In this document: piece by piece, positions 1-11,637 of the stretch | How the letters are laid out: every line of letters starts with the position of its first letter | How positions within the stretch are numbered: the stretch's first letter is position 1 | Assembly (NCBI RefSeq): GCF_018977255.1 | Contig: NW_024704751.1 | Coordinates: 13,144,001 to 13,208,000 of the forward strand | From: Callorhinchus milii | Lineage: Eukaryota | Length of the DNA: 64,000 bases | Direction: 5' to 3' | Made by a program: the position numbers and the translations under genes | Notes under the pieces: model-generated | Told to the model about the DNA's origin: nothing | What the model saw: only the letters and a program-made list of their open reading frames with translations | The model's database searches: none

Positions 1-149
1 CGGGGGCAGAAGTAGGAGAAGAGGGATGGGAAAGGATTGCAAAGATGGCCAAAATTGTGCAGTGATGTGAAAGCGAGGATGAGATTCTTAAAGTTGTTCC
101 CCTCTGGTACTCGGAGCCAGTGGAAGATAGGATGAGGTTATAATAAAAT

Positions 150-330
150 AATAATAATCATCCTTGCATTTGATATAGCATTCATGTCGTCGAGACTTCC
201 CAAAGCGCTTCACAGAATACACTGTAAAGTGTACTGACTGTATGTTTTGTGGGCCAAATGTGTACGCAGAGCGACAACAGAGTAGAGGAGAATTTGCAGC
301 CGTGCATTGGGAGGTGGAGGGATTCACGTA
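150..330 (-). mobile_element. DeuSINE-like SINE, 3' part
   Basis: Reverse complement of the AAGCGCTTTGGGA..GACATGAATGCTATATCAAATGCAAGGA-(ATT)n tail shared by many copies in the window. Confidence 0.75.
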
Positions 331-357
331 TTGCAGAGTACAGGTAAACTAACTCAC

Positions 358-2324
358 CTGAAGCAAAAACAAATATCCTGGAAAGAGATTGCTCCAAGGC
401 ATCATTTCTTATTCTGAATGTGAAGTTCAAAGAGTCTGCACTGCTTTCACCAATTTCCAATGTGCTATGCACTGAGTATAGGCCGTCTGCATTTTTTTCG
501 AAGAAAGTATTCGCTTGGAAAGAAATATCCTTGTGTTGTTCATCGAACCAGGAAACAACAGCTTGAGGGAAGCCTTGGGATTCGAATCGGAAAAGTGTTG
601 CATTTGTTCCTAATTCGATTACTAAAACGGGTTCCTTGTAGTATGCTGAGGAATAGAAGAACTGACTTTAGATACAAGCAGTGATAGTGAACTTGGAAAT
701 ATTCTCATGACAAATGTTATACTTATAATGCATTATACAAAGCCCTCCATGGCCTCGCCCCATCCTACCTCTGCGAATTCTTAACCCCCTACCAACCCGC
801 CCACTCCCTCCGCTTATCCTCAAAAGGTGTTATTATTATTAAATCCTCAAAAGCAGGGACCCTTATAAAAGCCAGTGGGTATGAGAACATTTACAGATTT
901 TACTTTACTGATAGTTGCACATTGAAGACACTTAATTCCCAGCCCCAAACCAAACGACATTGTATTGATATAATGTCCGTCGTGCAGAAGTAATGTCTCA
1001 GAGAGCTTGAAGAAGCATGTACCTGCGAATTTTACAGAGATTATTCCATTGGCGTCTGCCTGTTTAGTGCTGACGAAACACATGTACTTTCCGCTGTCCT
1101 CTGGTCTCACTCCTTCGAGTTTCAATGAAGCATTTCCCCGTTTAATCTCCTCCGGGAAGATACTGGCGCGCCCCGTGTACCGATGACTCTGTTTACTGAG
1201 CTGCTCTTTGTTGTAGTAATAACTATGAACCACCTCATTTGTGTCATCCCGTTGCCAGGTGATAACGATGCCCTCTGTAGACATTGCACTGGGAGTAAAA
1301 CTGCATTGCAGGACTGCGTAATGGCCGTGGATAACAGTTACTGGTTCTCTTGGGACGTGGACTTCAAATCCAGCTGTGGACACATTACATTGATGATCTG
1401 TGTCAGTACATGGTATTAGTCAGTAAAGCACATGTCCCTTCGTTGGGTATTTCAATTTGAAACGCACATGGGAGGGGAAGGGAGGGGAATGGGGGGGCAG
1501 TGGGTGGTCACCTTCCCCAACCCCCCCTGGCTCTTCCCCCTCCCCCCAGCTCGGTCCCGGGATCCGTTACTGTAAAGCGCTCTGAGACACCGTCCAGCGT
1601 GGAGGGCGCTATATACATCCAAGTTGTTGTTGTTTGTTGTTGAAGTGATTGACAAATTTTAGTTCAGGGAAATGGTAGTTGACCAGGACACCAGGGGAAA
1701 CTCCCTTCTCTTTTCGAATAGACCTTGATACCTTTAATTGAAATTAAATTACTTTAAACCATGGTTTTCCCCCTCCTCCATGGTTTCCCCCCTCAGGTTC
1801 TTAAAAGAAACCCACACCCAGGAAATTTTCAATAACAAGTGCTGTTTCACAAGAATTATTTTTGATGTAAGCACATGCCAGGTAAATATCATTGAAAAGT
1901 TTAGGGTAATTTGTTAGGAGTTTTCCATCAATAACATACAGTAAGTCATCACTTCAACAACAAAATTTGCCTTTATATAGCTCAGTTCATGAGGGCTCGC
2001 GTCCTAAGGGGTAAGAGTTAGTGAAGAGTTTTCTGAGTGAGAAGTTAAGCATAAATATAACTACATAAATAAATGCGGACGTGATATTGACAACATGATG
2101 ACTTAAGTGGTAATGACAAGTTAATGCAGGGTTGAGTTATCAGTTTACTATAGTAACTCACCCACAATTACACATCCACGCTTACAACAGAATAGCCTAA
2201 ACAGGGGTCTTCTGTAATACTCAAATAAAACAGGTCTAAAGGGAATGTAAAGTACCAAACTGAGATACTTACCAGCCATTAAACTGAAGCCAAATGTAAC
2301 GAAAACACCCAGAAGATTTTTCAT
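358..2324 (-). CDS. B7-family / CD276-like Ig-superfamily protein (signal peptide + IgV + IgC-like); 3' exons probably left of the window
   Basis: Exons 2324-2273 (MKNLLGVFVTFGFSLMA, donor G|GTAAGT), 1373-1023 (IgV: LQCSF..ITWQ..VVHSYY..GNASLKLEGVRPEDSGKYMC) and 645-358 (AYYKEP..GFPQAVVSW..DGLYSVHSTL..). All GT-AG with phase-1 junctions, the usual B7/butyrophilin exon layout. Confidence 0.85.
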
Positions 2325-2379
2325 CACACTTTGTCTTTTGTCAACCTGTCAAGAAAAAGCACAACAATCCCTGGTCAAG

Positions 2380-2790
2380 ACTGAATCATAGAATCATAAA
2401 ATCGTACAGCGCAAAAAGAGGCCATTCGGCCCATCGAGTTTGTGCCGGCTCTTTGGAAAGAGCAGTGTAATGTCAATCCCACTCCCCAGCTCCTTCCCCA
2501 TAACCCTGCAAACCTGTCCTCCTCAAATACCCGTCCACTGTGTTCTTACCATTCTACCATTTTTACCATTCTACCCATTTTACCATTCTGTCTATGTCTT
2601 CCTGCAGTTGGCTACTAACCTTCTCACTGTTTACCACCCTAACTAACTTGGTGTCGTCCGCAAACTTGGAAATGGTACTTGCTATACCCAAGTCCAGATA
2701 ATTTATGTATATTAAGAAGAGCAGTGGTCCTAATATCGACCCCCGGAAACCCCACTGTACTTCCCTCCAATCAGAAAAGCTGCACAATGA
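2380..2790 (-). mobile_element. CR1-type LINE 3' fragment
   Basis: RT motifs GSILGPLLFLIYIN..SKFADDTKL in ORF 2563-2787; ATAGAATC-type terminal repeat near 2385-2400. Confidence 0.8.
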
Positions 2791-3034
2791 CTAATGAGAA
2801 AGACCCTGAACTCACTTCATTACCCATTTTATTACCCACTGGGACTGGCTGACTCAATCACAAAACTAGATACATGAGACAAGGGGGCTGAAAATACAGG
2901 TTTGGTAATTATATTATCAATAATACCTAGTATTAATAATAAAGGGTTGTACTGTACAATCCCAACATTCAAATCTCCAGATTCAAATTACAGTTTAGTT
3001 TCAGGGACAAACCTTCATAACGTGATTTTATTCA

Positions 3035-3600
3035 GGCTTGACTATTACTTGTTGGCCTCCCCAATTCCTCCTTCCACAGGCTGCAGATCATCCAAAACTC
3101 TGCAGCCCATGTCCTCTCTCGCACTAGGCTCCGCGACCCTATCACCCCCCATCCTCGCCCAACTCCACTGGCTTCCCATCACACAGAGGATACAGTTAAA
3201 GATCCTGGTCCTCACCTTCAAAGTCCTCCATGGTCTTGCATCCCCTACCTTTGCAACCTCCTAATCCCCTACCATCCTGCCTGCTCCCTCCGCTCAGCGG
3301 GCTCCAGCCTGCTTCACGTCCACTGCCTCGCTCGCCCCTTCTGCCACTCTGCCCCCACCCTCTGGAACTCCATCCTGCAGTCCCTCCATCTTGCCCTCTC
3401 CCTTACCACCTTCAAAATCCATCTCAAGACCCTCCTCTTCGACTGTGCTTTTGATCTCCCTGCTTCCCCCACTACCCTCCGCCCTCCTCGACCCTGACAC
3501 CCAGCTTGGGTCCGTAACTCTGTCTTTCCAGCACCATAGGATGCCCTCCCGACGTGAAAAGCGCTTTACAAATGTAATTTTGTTGTAGTTGTTGTTGTAG
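3035..3600 (+). mobile_element. L2-type LINE 3' end
   Basis: Degenerate PILAQLHWLPITQRIQLKILVLTFKVLHGLA C-terminus, 3' stem-loop and (TTG)n tail. Confidence 0.8.
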
Positions 3601-3694
3601 TCCAAAGTTCCCTTGGGTATGTTAGGGGATATTGCTGTTTGTGGGAAAGTTACAGAAAGTACATAGCCACAGAACAGTTATTGAAATAACATAT

Positions 3695-3850
3695 TAATAA
3701 TCCTTGCATTTGATATAGCACTTGATCATGTCTTGGAGATGTCTCAAAGCGCTTCATAGAATTTACTGTAAAGTGAATTAACTATATTTTGGGGGCGAAA
3801 CGTGGCAGCCAATTAGACACAGCAACATTGCACCAACAGTGGTGGATTGA
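3695..3850 (-). mobile_element. DeuSINE-like SINE, 3' half
   Basis: Same tail and GCAATTGGCTGCC-type core as the full-length copy at 37015. Confidence 0.75.
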
Positions 3851-3879
3851 GTGTCTGTGCACTGACTGACTGACTGTCA

Positions 3880-4330
3880 GTCGAATTCAAGATCCTCATC
3901 CTCACCTACAAGGCCATTCCCGGCCTCGCTCCCTCCTACCTCTCCGACCTACTATCCCCCTACCTACTTGTCCGTACCCACCGTTCCTCCGGCTCCGGTC
4001 TGCTCCACATCCCCCGCCCCAACCGCCCTACCATCGGTGGCCGGACCTTCAGCCTCTCAGCCCCGAGGATCTGGAACTCCATCCCCCAGTGCCTTCGCCG
4101 CCTCCTCCCTTTCCTCCTTCAAGTCCCGTCTCAAGACCTTTCTGTTTGACCGTGCCTTCAGCTCCGCTCTTGACTCTCTACCCCCTCCTCGCTCCCTCCC
4201 TCCCCTCCCCTCACCCTGACCATTTCCCCCCAATGCTCGGGTCCTGACCCAACTGTACAGCGCCTCGGGACGTCCTCCCAACGTGAAAGGCGCTCAATAA
4301 ATGGAATCTTGTTGTTGTTGTTGTTGTTGT
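3880..4330 (+). mobile_element. 5'-truncated L2-type LINE with apparent TGTCA target-site duplication
   Basis: FKILILTYKA-like remnant and (TTG)n tail; the empty site is visible in the paralogous copy at ~6335. Confidence 0.8.
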
Positions 4331-5029
4331 TGTCACACAGCACTTCCCCACAATACAAAGCTCAACATCGCACAATACAGAGAGGCCACAGTGAGCACAA
4401 CCACAACATATTTCAGGGAACCGACTCCACAGAGAAGAAACACCACCAACCTGTGTAATGGCTTAATCTCCCGGTGCGGTCCTGTGTGTAGTGACTGGAA
4501 GGGGTTTGGCTCTCTTATACTGTTATTTATGGGCAGGACATGAGCAGGACATGCGTGATCTATTACCTCGTGTCCTTTGCTGTATTCAATGATACAAATA
4601 TCACGTTTAGTTTCGTGTCCATAAATAGACTATGATTCATAGGTTATTTGCATTGTGTTGGACCAGAAACGTCCTGCCTTCCCGTACCTCCCTCACCGGT
4701 GTAATACTATGAAACTGATACCGTAAATTGTGTCAACAGTTTATAGGTTTTTTTAAAAAGAATACCCTTGGCTTTCCCGCCCCTTCCCACGGGCTTTACA
4801 ACTGGATGACATATCCAGCCTCAACATTAAATGGGCAGTGGGTGAGGATGAAAACAGATTGCAATGCCTGCCTAGAACATCACAGAAAAGGCAAACGCTC
4901 TTCATTCTTCTCAATAAGGTTACAGTTCAGAAAATGCACTCTTGAGTTCATTTGTGCCTTTAGGAAATTAAAAAAATGACTAAATGTGGAGTGAAACCCA
5001 GTCTTTTCCATGTATCGGTCTGTTTTTTT

Positions 5030-5112
5030 GTTGACAAGTTGGCAAAATACAAAGTGCAATGAGAAATCTGTTGGCTGTTCTGGTTACATTTGGCTTCAGT
5101 TTAACAGCTGAT
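5030..5112 (+). pseudogene. Inverted, splice-dead copy of the B7-like gene's signal-peptide exon
   Basis: Encodes MRNLLAVLVTFGFSLTA vs MKNLLGVFVTFGFSLMA; acceptor GACAG changed to GACAA and donor GT changed to AT. Confidence 0.75.
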
Positions 5113-5384
5113 AAACATCTTAGTTTGGTGTTTATTGTTTCCTTCACACCTGTGTTTTATGAGTATATATTTATACTCATTATGACATTGTGTAAAGGTA
5201 AGTTGTCTGAGCTTTCTGCTACTCTTACAACTATAAGCGACAATCACTTTCTTTTCTGACAAATCACACAATATTGTTTGTTCATAACAGCAATATAAAA
5301 TTACTTTGGTTGGTATAGCAGTCTCTGACCGAAACTCAATGCGATTATTTTTAAATATTGTTATATAATAAACTGAATGTCAGA

Positions 5385-5769
5385 CTCTCTCTCTCACACA
5401 CACACACACACATAGACACTCACACAGAGACAGACGCATAGACACATACACACAGACAGACACACACACAGACACACACATAGCCACTCACACAACATAG
5501 ACGCTCTCACACACACATACACACCCAAACGAAGACACTCACACACACAGACACATAGACACTTACACACTCACACACACAGCACATAGACACACACACA
5601 CACATAGACGTTCCCACACACACACACACATTCACACGAAGACACACAGACACATACACACATAGACACTCACACACAGAGACAGACGCATAGATACACA
5701 CACACACACTCTCACACACAGACACATAGCCACTCACACAACAGACGCGCTCACACACACGTACACACC
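5385..5769. repeat. Compound (CA)n / CACATAGACA microsatellite, followed by a gap
   Basis: Direct reading. Confidence 0.95.
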
Positions 5770-6208
5770 NNNNNNNNNNNNNNNNNNNNNNNNNNNNNNN
5801 NNNNNNNNNNNNNNNNNNNNNNNNNNNNNNNNNNNNNNNNNNNNNNNNNNNNNNNNNNNNNNNNNNNNNNNNNNNNNNNNNNNNNNNNNNNNNNNNNNNN
5901 NNNNNNNNNNNNNNNNNNNNNNNNNNNNNNNNNNNNNNNNNNNNNNNNNNNNNNNNNNNNNNNNNNNNNNNNNNNNNNNNNNNNNNNNNNNNNNNNNNNN
6001 NNNNNNNNNNNNNNNNNNNNNNNNNNNNNNNNNNNNNNNNNNNNNNNNNNNNNNNNNNNNNNNNNNNNNNNNNNNNNNNNNNNNNNNNNNNNNNNNNNNN
6101 NNNNNNNNNNNNNNNNNNNNNNNNNNNNNNNNNNNNNNNNNNNNNNNNNNNNNNNNNNNNNNNNNNNNNNNNNNNNNNNNNNNNNNNNNNNNNNNNNNNN
6201 NNNNNNNN
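5770..6208. other. Assembly gap
   Basis: Run of N. Confidence 1.
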
Positions 6209-7298
6209 TCACCTCCTCCTGAAGTCACCAACACATGTAGAGAAGCTGCAGCCCCTGAGGGCAGAGCCTCCCACACACACTGACATGTCAGAGGGATTTC
6301 CAGCCTCACTGTGTTGGCTGCAGTGTCTGTGCACTGACTGTCACAGAGCACTTCCCCACAACACAAAGCTCAACAGCGCACAATACAGAGAGGACACAGT
6401 GAGCACAACCACAGAGGGCTTCAGGGAACCGACTCCACAGAGAAGAAACACCACCGACCTGTGTAATGGCTTAATCTCCCGGTGCGGTCCTGTGTGTAGT
6501 GACTGTGAGGGCTTTGGCTCTCTTACACTGTTCATTGCATCAATACAACTGTGTTGGAATGTAAATACTGATGTCACTGAGGTTGTGACGTGTTGTTTCC
6601 AGTGATACCAATGTGGTTTGGTTTCTGTATCACAAATGGACTGATCCATCAAACACTTCCGACCAAAGAGCGAATGAGCAGAAACGTTTCTTTTCCCCAC
6701 ATCCGCCCCCGATTTAACACAACCTCTGCGACTGAGACCGCAAATTGCGCGTTGGATACTTGATTTAAATGAACACGAATCTTGAGTGTGAATCTTGAGA
6801 GTCTGGAACTGGAAACACGAGTGGAAATCCTATAATTGGTAGAACAGTTCGGATAAGTGCGGTGGCCCCATGGTCCCGCTCTCCCCATCACCACCTCTGT
6901 CTGTCCAGCGCCTCGGGACGTCTTCCCGACGTGAAAGGCACTGTACAAAGGTGGTGCTGTTGCTGTTGCTGTCGACTCACTTGATCTTTCTGCGACAATA
7001 AATGTCTTTACTGAAAAATCACACAGTATTGTTTGTTCGTAACACCAACAGCAGCAAATGACACTTGTATAGCAGCCTCTCACCGCAACTCAAATACGAC
7101 TGCTTTTAAATATTATTATGTAATAAACTGTCTGTCAGGCGACACACACACACACAGACACACTTACACACACACACACACACTGACACACACACACACA
7201 CACACTGACACATACTCACACACACACACACTGACACATAGACACTCACACACACACACAGATACTCACACACACACACAGACAGACACATAGATACT

Positions 7299-7330
<32 letters not shown>

Positions 7331-8630
7331 CTCACACACACACATAGATACTCTCACACACACACACACACATAGATACTCACACACACATAGATACTCA
7401 CACACACGCAGACAGACACATAGATACTCACACACAGACACACACACGTAGATACTCACACACACACANNNNNNNNNNNNNNNNNNNNNNNNNNNNNNNN
7501 NNNNNNNNNNNNNNNNNNNNNNNNNNNNNNNNNNNNNNNNNNNNNNNNNNNNNNNNNNNNNNNNNNNNNNNNNNNNNNNNNNNNNNNNNNNNNNNNNNNN
7601 NNNNNNNNNNNNNNNNNNNNNNNNNNNNNNNNNNNNNNNNNNNNNNNNNNNNNNNNNNNNNNNNNNNNNNNNNNNNNNNNNNNNNNNNNNNNNNNNNNNN
7701 NNNNNNNNNNNNNNNNNNNNNNNNTCACCTCCTCCTGAAGTCACCAACACATGTAGAGAAGCTGCAGCCCCTGAGGGCAGAGCCTCCCACACACACTGAC
7801 ATGTCAGAGGGATTTCCAGCCTCACTGTGTTGGCTGCAGTGTCTGTGCACTGACTGTCACAGAGCACTTCCCCACAACACAAAGCTCAACAGCGCACAAT
7901 ACAGAGAGGACACAGTGAGCACAACCACAGAGGGCTTCAGGGAACCGACTCCACAGAGAAGAAACACCACCGACCTGTGTAATGGCTTAATCTCCCGGTG
8001 CGGTCCTGTGTGTAGTGACTGTGAGGGCTTTGGCTCTCTTATACTGTTCAATGCATAAATACAACTGTGTTGGAATGTAAATACTGATGTCACTGAGGTT
8101 GTGACGTGTTGTTTCCAGTGATACCAATGTGGTTTGGTTTCTGTATCACAAATGGACTGATCCATCAAACACTTCCGATCAAAGAGCGAATGAGCAGAAA
8201 CGTTTCGTTTCCCCACATCCGCCCCCGATTTAACACAACCTCTGCGACTGAGACCGCAAATTGCGCGTTGGATACTTGATTTAAACGAACACGAATCTTG
8301 AGTGTGAATCTTGAGAGTCTGGAACTGGAAACACGAGTGGAAATCCTATAATTGGTAGAACAGTTCGGATAAGTGCGGTGGCCCCATGGTCCCGCTCTCC
8401 CCATCACCACCTCTGTCTGTCCAGCGCCTCGGGACGTCTTCCCGACGTGAAAGGCACTGTACAAAGGTGCTGTTGTTGCTGTTGTTGTTGACTCACTTGA
8501 TCTTTCTGCGACAATAAATGTCTTTACTGAAAAATCACACAGTATTGTTTGTTCGTAACACCAACAGCAGCAAATGACACTTGTATAGCAGCCTCTCACC
8601 GCAACTCAAACACGACTGCTTTTAAATATG
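6209..8630 (+). repeat. Near-identical tandem duplication: 6209-~7120 and 7725-~8630 (offset 1516 bp), separated by CA satellite and a gap
   Basis: Both units begin TCACCTCCTCCTGAAGTCACC and differ by only a few substitutions. Confidence 0.95.
7142..7468. repeat. Compound (CA)n microsatellite (gap 7469-7724 follows)
   Basis: Direct reading. Confidence 0.95.
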
Positions 8631-10039
8631 TTTAATTATTAATTATTATTTGTGACCTCCCCTACTTCCCCATGAATACGTTGTCACTTCAATCCGCGAC
8701 TGTTTATGGGTCACTGCTGTGCGCAATTGGCTGCCCCATTTCACCCACAAGGTATACAGTCACTTCATTTTACAGTATATCCTGTGAAGCGCTTTGAAAC
8801 GCCTCAAAGATGTAATTAGGCCCAATATCAAATGCAAGGATTATTATTATTACTCGCTATGGTTTCAGCCACTTCACCGCGAACGCCCAAAACTCCTTGC
8901 CTGAATCCCTCCGCCCTGCTCCCTCTTTACCCATTTTCAAATCGCAGCTGAAGTCTTTCCTCTTCGCCCGTGTCCACAATAGCCGCTGTTTCTTTTCGCA
9001 GCTCAGCTTCAAACTCTGCTATTGCTCAACTCTTTGACACTACCCTGCATAAAGGGCACCGGATGTGGTTATTGTATTGGTGCATCCTAAAGCATTTTCC
9101 TGAGTTTACTTTTTCAATCCCATGGAAAGTATTATATACTGTAGCTCTATAAAGTCACCTCCAGGCAGTCTCCTCTCAAGACTGAAAAGCCCTCGCCAGT
9201 CTAATTGTCGCTCATTCCTCTAGGACACAAAATAGCTTGCAACAGAAATGGCTCATTTGTGCCGTCTTTTGAGTACTGCAGCTTTGCAACTTAAAACAAA
9301 ATTAGTTGAGGCAATCTATGCTTCAGTGCCGATGAAAGGAAAACTTAAATATTTGGAAAAAAATCTGAATTTTTTTACATTTATTTTATTTAAAGTGAAG
9401 GAGGTGGATTGCTGCCGTAAACAGTTTTTAGTGTATTTTTTTAAAAAAATGCCTTGCCTTTCCCTCCCCTTCCCACAGGCTTTACAACTGGAGGACATAT
9501 CCAGCCTCAACTTTAAACGGGCCAATGGGCGAGGACGAAAACAGATTACAAATGCCTGCCTGCCTTCTGAGACAATAACAAGAAGGGAGAAGCCATTTTG
9601 TACGGCTGCGTGGAAGCAAAACAGAAGACAGCAACAGCAGAGCAGCAAACAGCACCGACCCGGAGATGGAGAGAAACCCACCCGCTGACAGACGCAAAAC
9701 AGAGCGAGAGAGAGAGACACGCGGCACACGCACAACACAACACGACACACAACACACGCGCGAAGAGAGACTTTGCTGATCGTTGTAGAGTTTCGCTCCA
9801 CAAGAATATATACACAGTCATTCGCTTTTAAAGTGTGTAGCGTGGGGAGCGCTTTGAGACGTCTCGGAAGACGCGACGAGGCCCTGTATGAAATGCAAGG
9901 ATTGTTACAGGCTTCTCATCATCATCATCATTATATTATATTATATTACATTATTATTGATTATTATTGTAAAGAGTCAGAGTTGCCTTTGTTTAAAGCC
10001 CAGACTCGCACAGTCTGATTGACATTTGCAGGTGATTGA

Positions 10040-10350
10040 CAGCCAGGGGGCGGGGCCGGGACCACCGCCTGACGCGATTGGTCGAGGGCCGAGTGGGCGG
10101 GGCGGAGGTGGGGGGGCGGGCGGGGGGTTGCGTAACGGGAGCCTGTGATTGGCTGGGCGGCGGGCGGAGCGAGATCTGATTGGCCGGGCCGGGGGGGGGG
10201 GGAGGGCGGAGTCTGCTAACGATCGCGGGATCCCATTGGCTGCGGGCGAGGCGGGGGGGGGGGTGGGCGGAGCTAAGGCGAGGGAGGGCGGGGCCGAGGT
10301 GCAGTTGGCAACATTGTTGCCCCAGGAACTGGTTACTTTGTCGCCGCCGC
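10040..10350 (+). promoter_or_regulatory. CpG-island promoter of PNRC2
   Basis: Four inverted CCAAT boxes (ATTGG at ~10077, 10148, 10179, 10235), several GGGCGG boxes, high CpG; candidate first donor TCG|GTGAGC at 10695. Confidence 0.75.
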
Positions 10351-10389
10351 CCATCTGCTCTCAGACTGTTCACCCCCTCAACCATCTCA

Positions 10390-11290
10390 GGACCTCCTTC
10401 CCCTCCTCCTCCTTCCTCCTTCCTCCGTCTTCATCATCACCCCCTCCCCCCCCCCCCCATCTTTTTTCTCCCCCCCCCACCCTTTAAAATATACATTACA
10501 GTCTTTATTTTTTTCTCCTTTTCCCCCCTTCCTCCTCCCACCCTTTTTTTTTATTACCCCCCCTCTCCCCCCCCCCCAACCCCTCTTTTTTTTTCGCTGG
10601 ACAATCGACGGGTTGTGTTTTTTTTTACCCCCCCCCCACCCCACCCCATCATCACCCCACCACCCCCACCCTGAGAGAGAGAGAGAGAGAGTCGGTGAGC
10701 AGGACATGTTAGATGTTTGTCTCTCTCTGTGTGTGTGTGTCTTTCTCCCTCTCGGCGCCATGTTCGATGGCGTCTCTCTTTCTTTCTTTCTCTCTCTCTC
10801 TCTCTCTCTTCTTTGTTCGGTCGCCACTTCCCGAACGCTTTCGTTCTTGTTTTTCTCTTCCATTTCCTCCCTCCCTCCCCCCCCCCTCTCTTTCTCTCTG
10901 GGTTTTTTTTCTCTCTCTCTTTCTCTCTCCAAATTTTCTTTCTCTTTTTATTTCTCTCCTTCCCTGTTTCCCCCCTCCCCCCACTCTCTCTTTATCTTTT
11001 GAATCTCTCGCCCCCCCCCTCCCCCCTCTCCTTTTTTTTCTCTTCATTTCTCTGCTGTTTTTCTTTCGTTTTCTCTCTCTGTTTTCTCTCGTCTCAGTTT
11101 TTCTTCCCCAATGTCCTCTTTCTCTATTTTTTCTCTTCACTTCCCTGTCCCCCCTCCCCCCCCCTCCCCCCCCATACACTTTCTCTCTCTTCCTGTTCCT
11201 AGGGTTCAACCTCTCAGCCCCCCCCCCCACAGTTTTTGCCTGTTGCTTTGTGTGTGTGTGGGGGGGGGTTGGGGGGGGGACAAGCTATTT
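10390..11290. repeat. Low-complexity C/T-rich tract
   Basis: poly-C, (CT)n and poly-T runs. Confidence 0.9.
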
Positions 11291-11637
11291 GCATTGCACA
11301 AACCCTGTTTTTCTAAAAAAAAATCCACCACCAATGTTTGTTAAAGGCACTTTGAGACGTCTCGAAGACGCAATAAGGCTCTATGTCAAATGCAAGGATT
11401 ATTATTATTATTTATTATTATTAAATGCCCCCCCCACCCCCCCACCCTCGGTCCACGGTTCTCAAAATAAAACATTTGCATCTTTTAATTCCTCCCTCCC
11501 CGAGCCGTCAACGAGCACAATTTCGTGGGGAAATTTGACTTAAGGGCATTTTTTAAAATCTTTTCTTTATTGTGATCTCTCCTCTCTCTCCTCCCCCCCC
11601 CCCAAGGCACTGGAAGTGACTGTGGCTTGTGTGACCC

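Noticed and set aside
6395-6435. CACAGTG heptamers (also ~4388 and ~7911) near an Ig-domain gene, suggesting recombination signal sequences
   Set aside because: No ACAAAAACC-like nonamer at 12 or 23 bp spacing, and the Ig gene is B7-like rather than a rearranging receptor
6341-6700. Hydrophobic minus-strand ORF ending in a TM-like stretch (also 7857-8216)
   Set aside because: Weak splice signals, upstream of the B7-like start codon, and no recognisable homology
5734-7882. ORFs containing X runs and VC/HT repeats
   Set aside because: Artefacts of N-gaps and CA microsatellites
10304-10321. Palindrome GGCAACATTGTTGCC near the PNRC2 start
   Set aside because: RFX-like half sites in non-canonical orientation; too short to support a claim
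9977-11543. Long Pro-, Leu- and Arg-rich ORFs up to 276 aa
   Set aside because: Stop-poor CpG island and low-complexity sequence open in many frames
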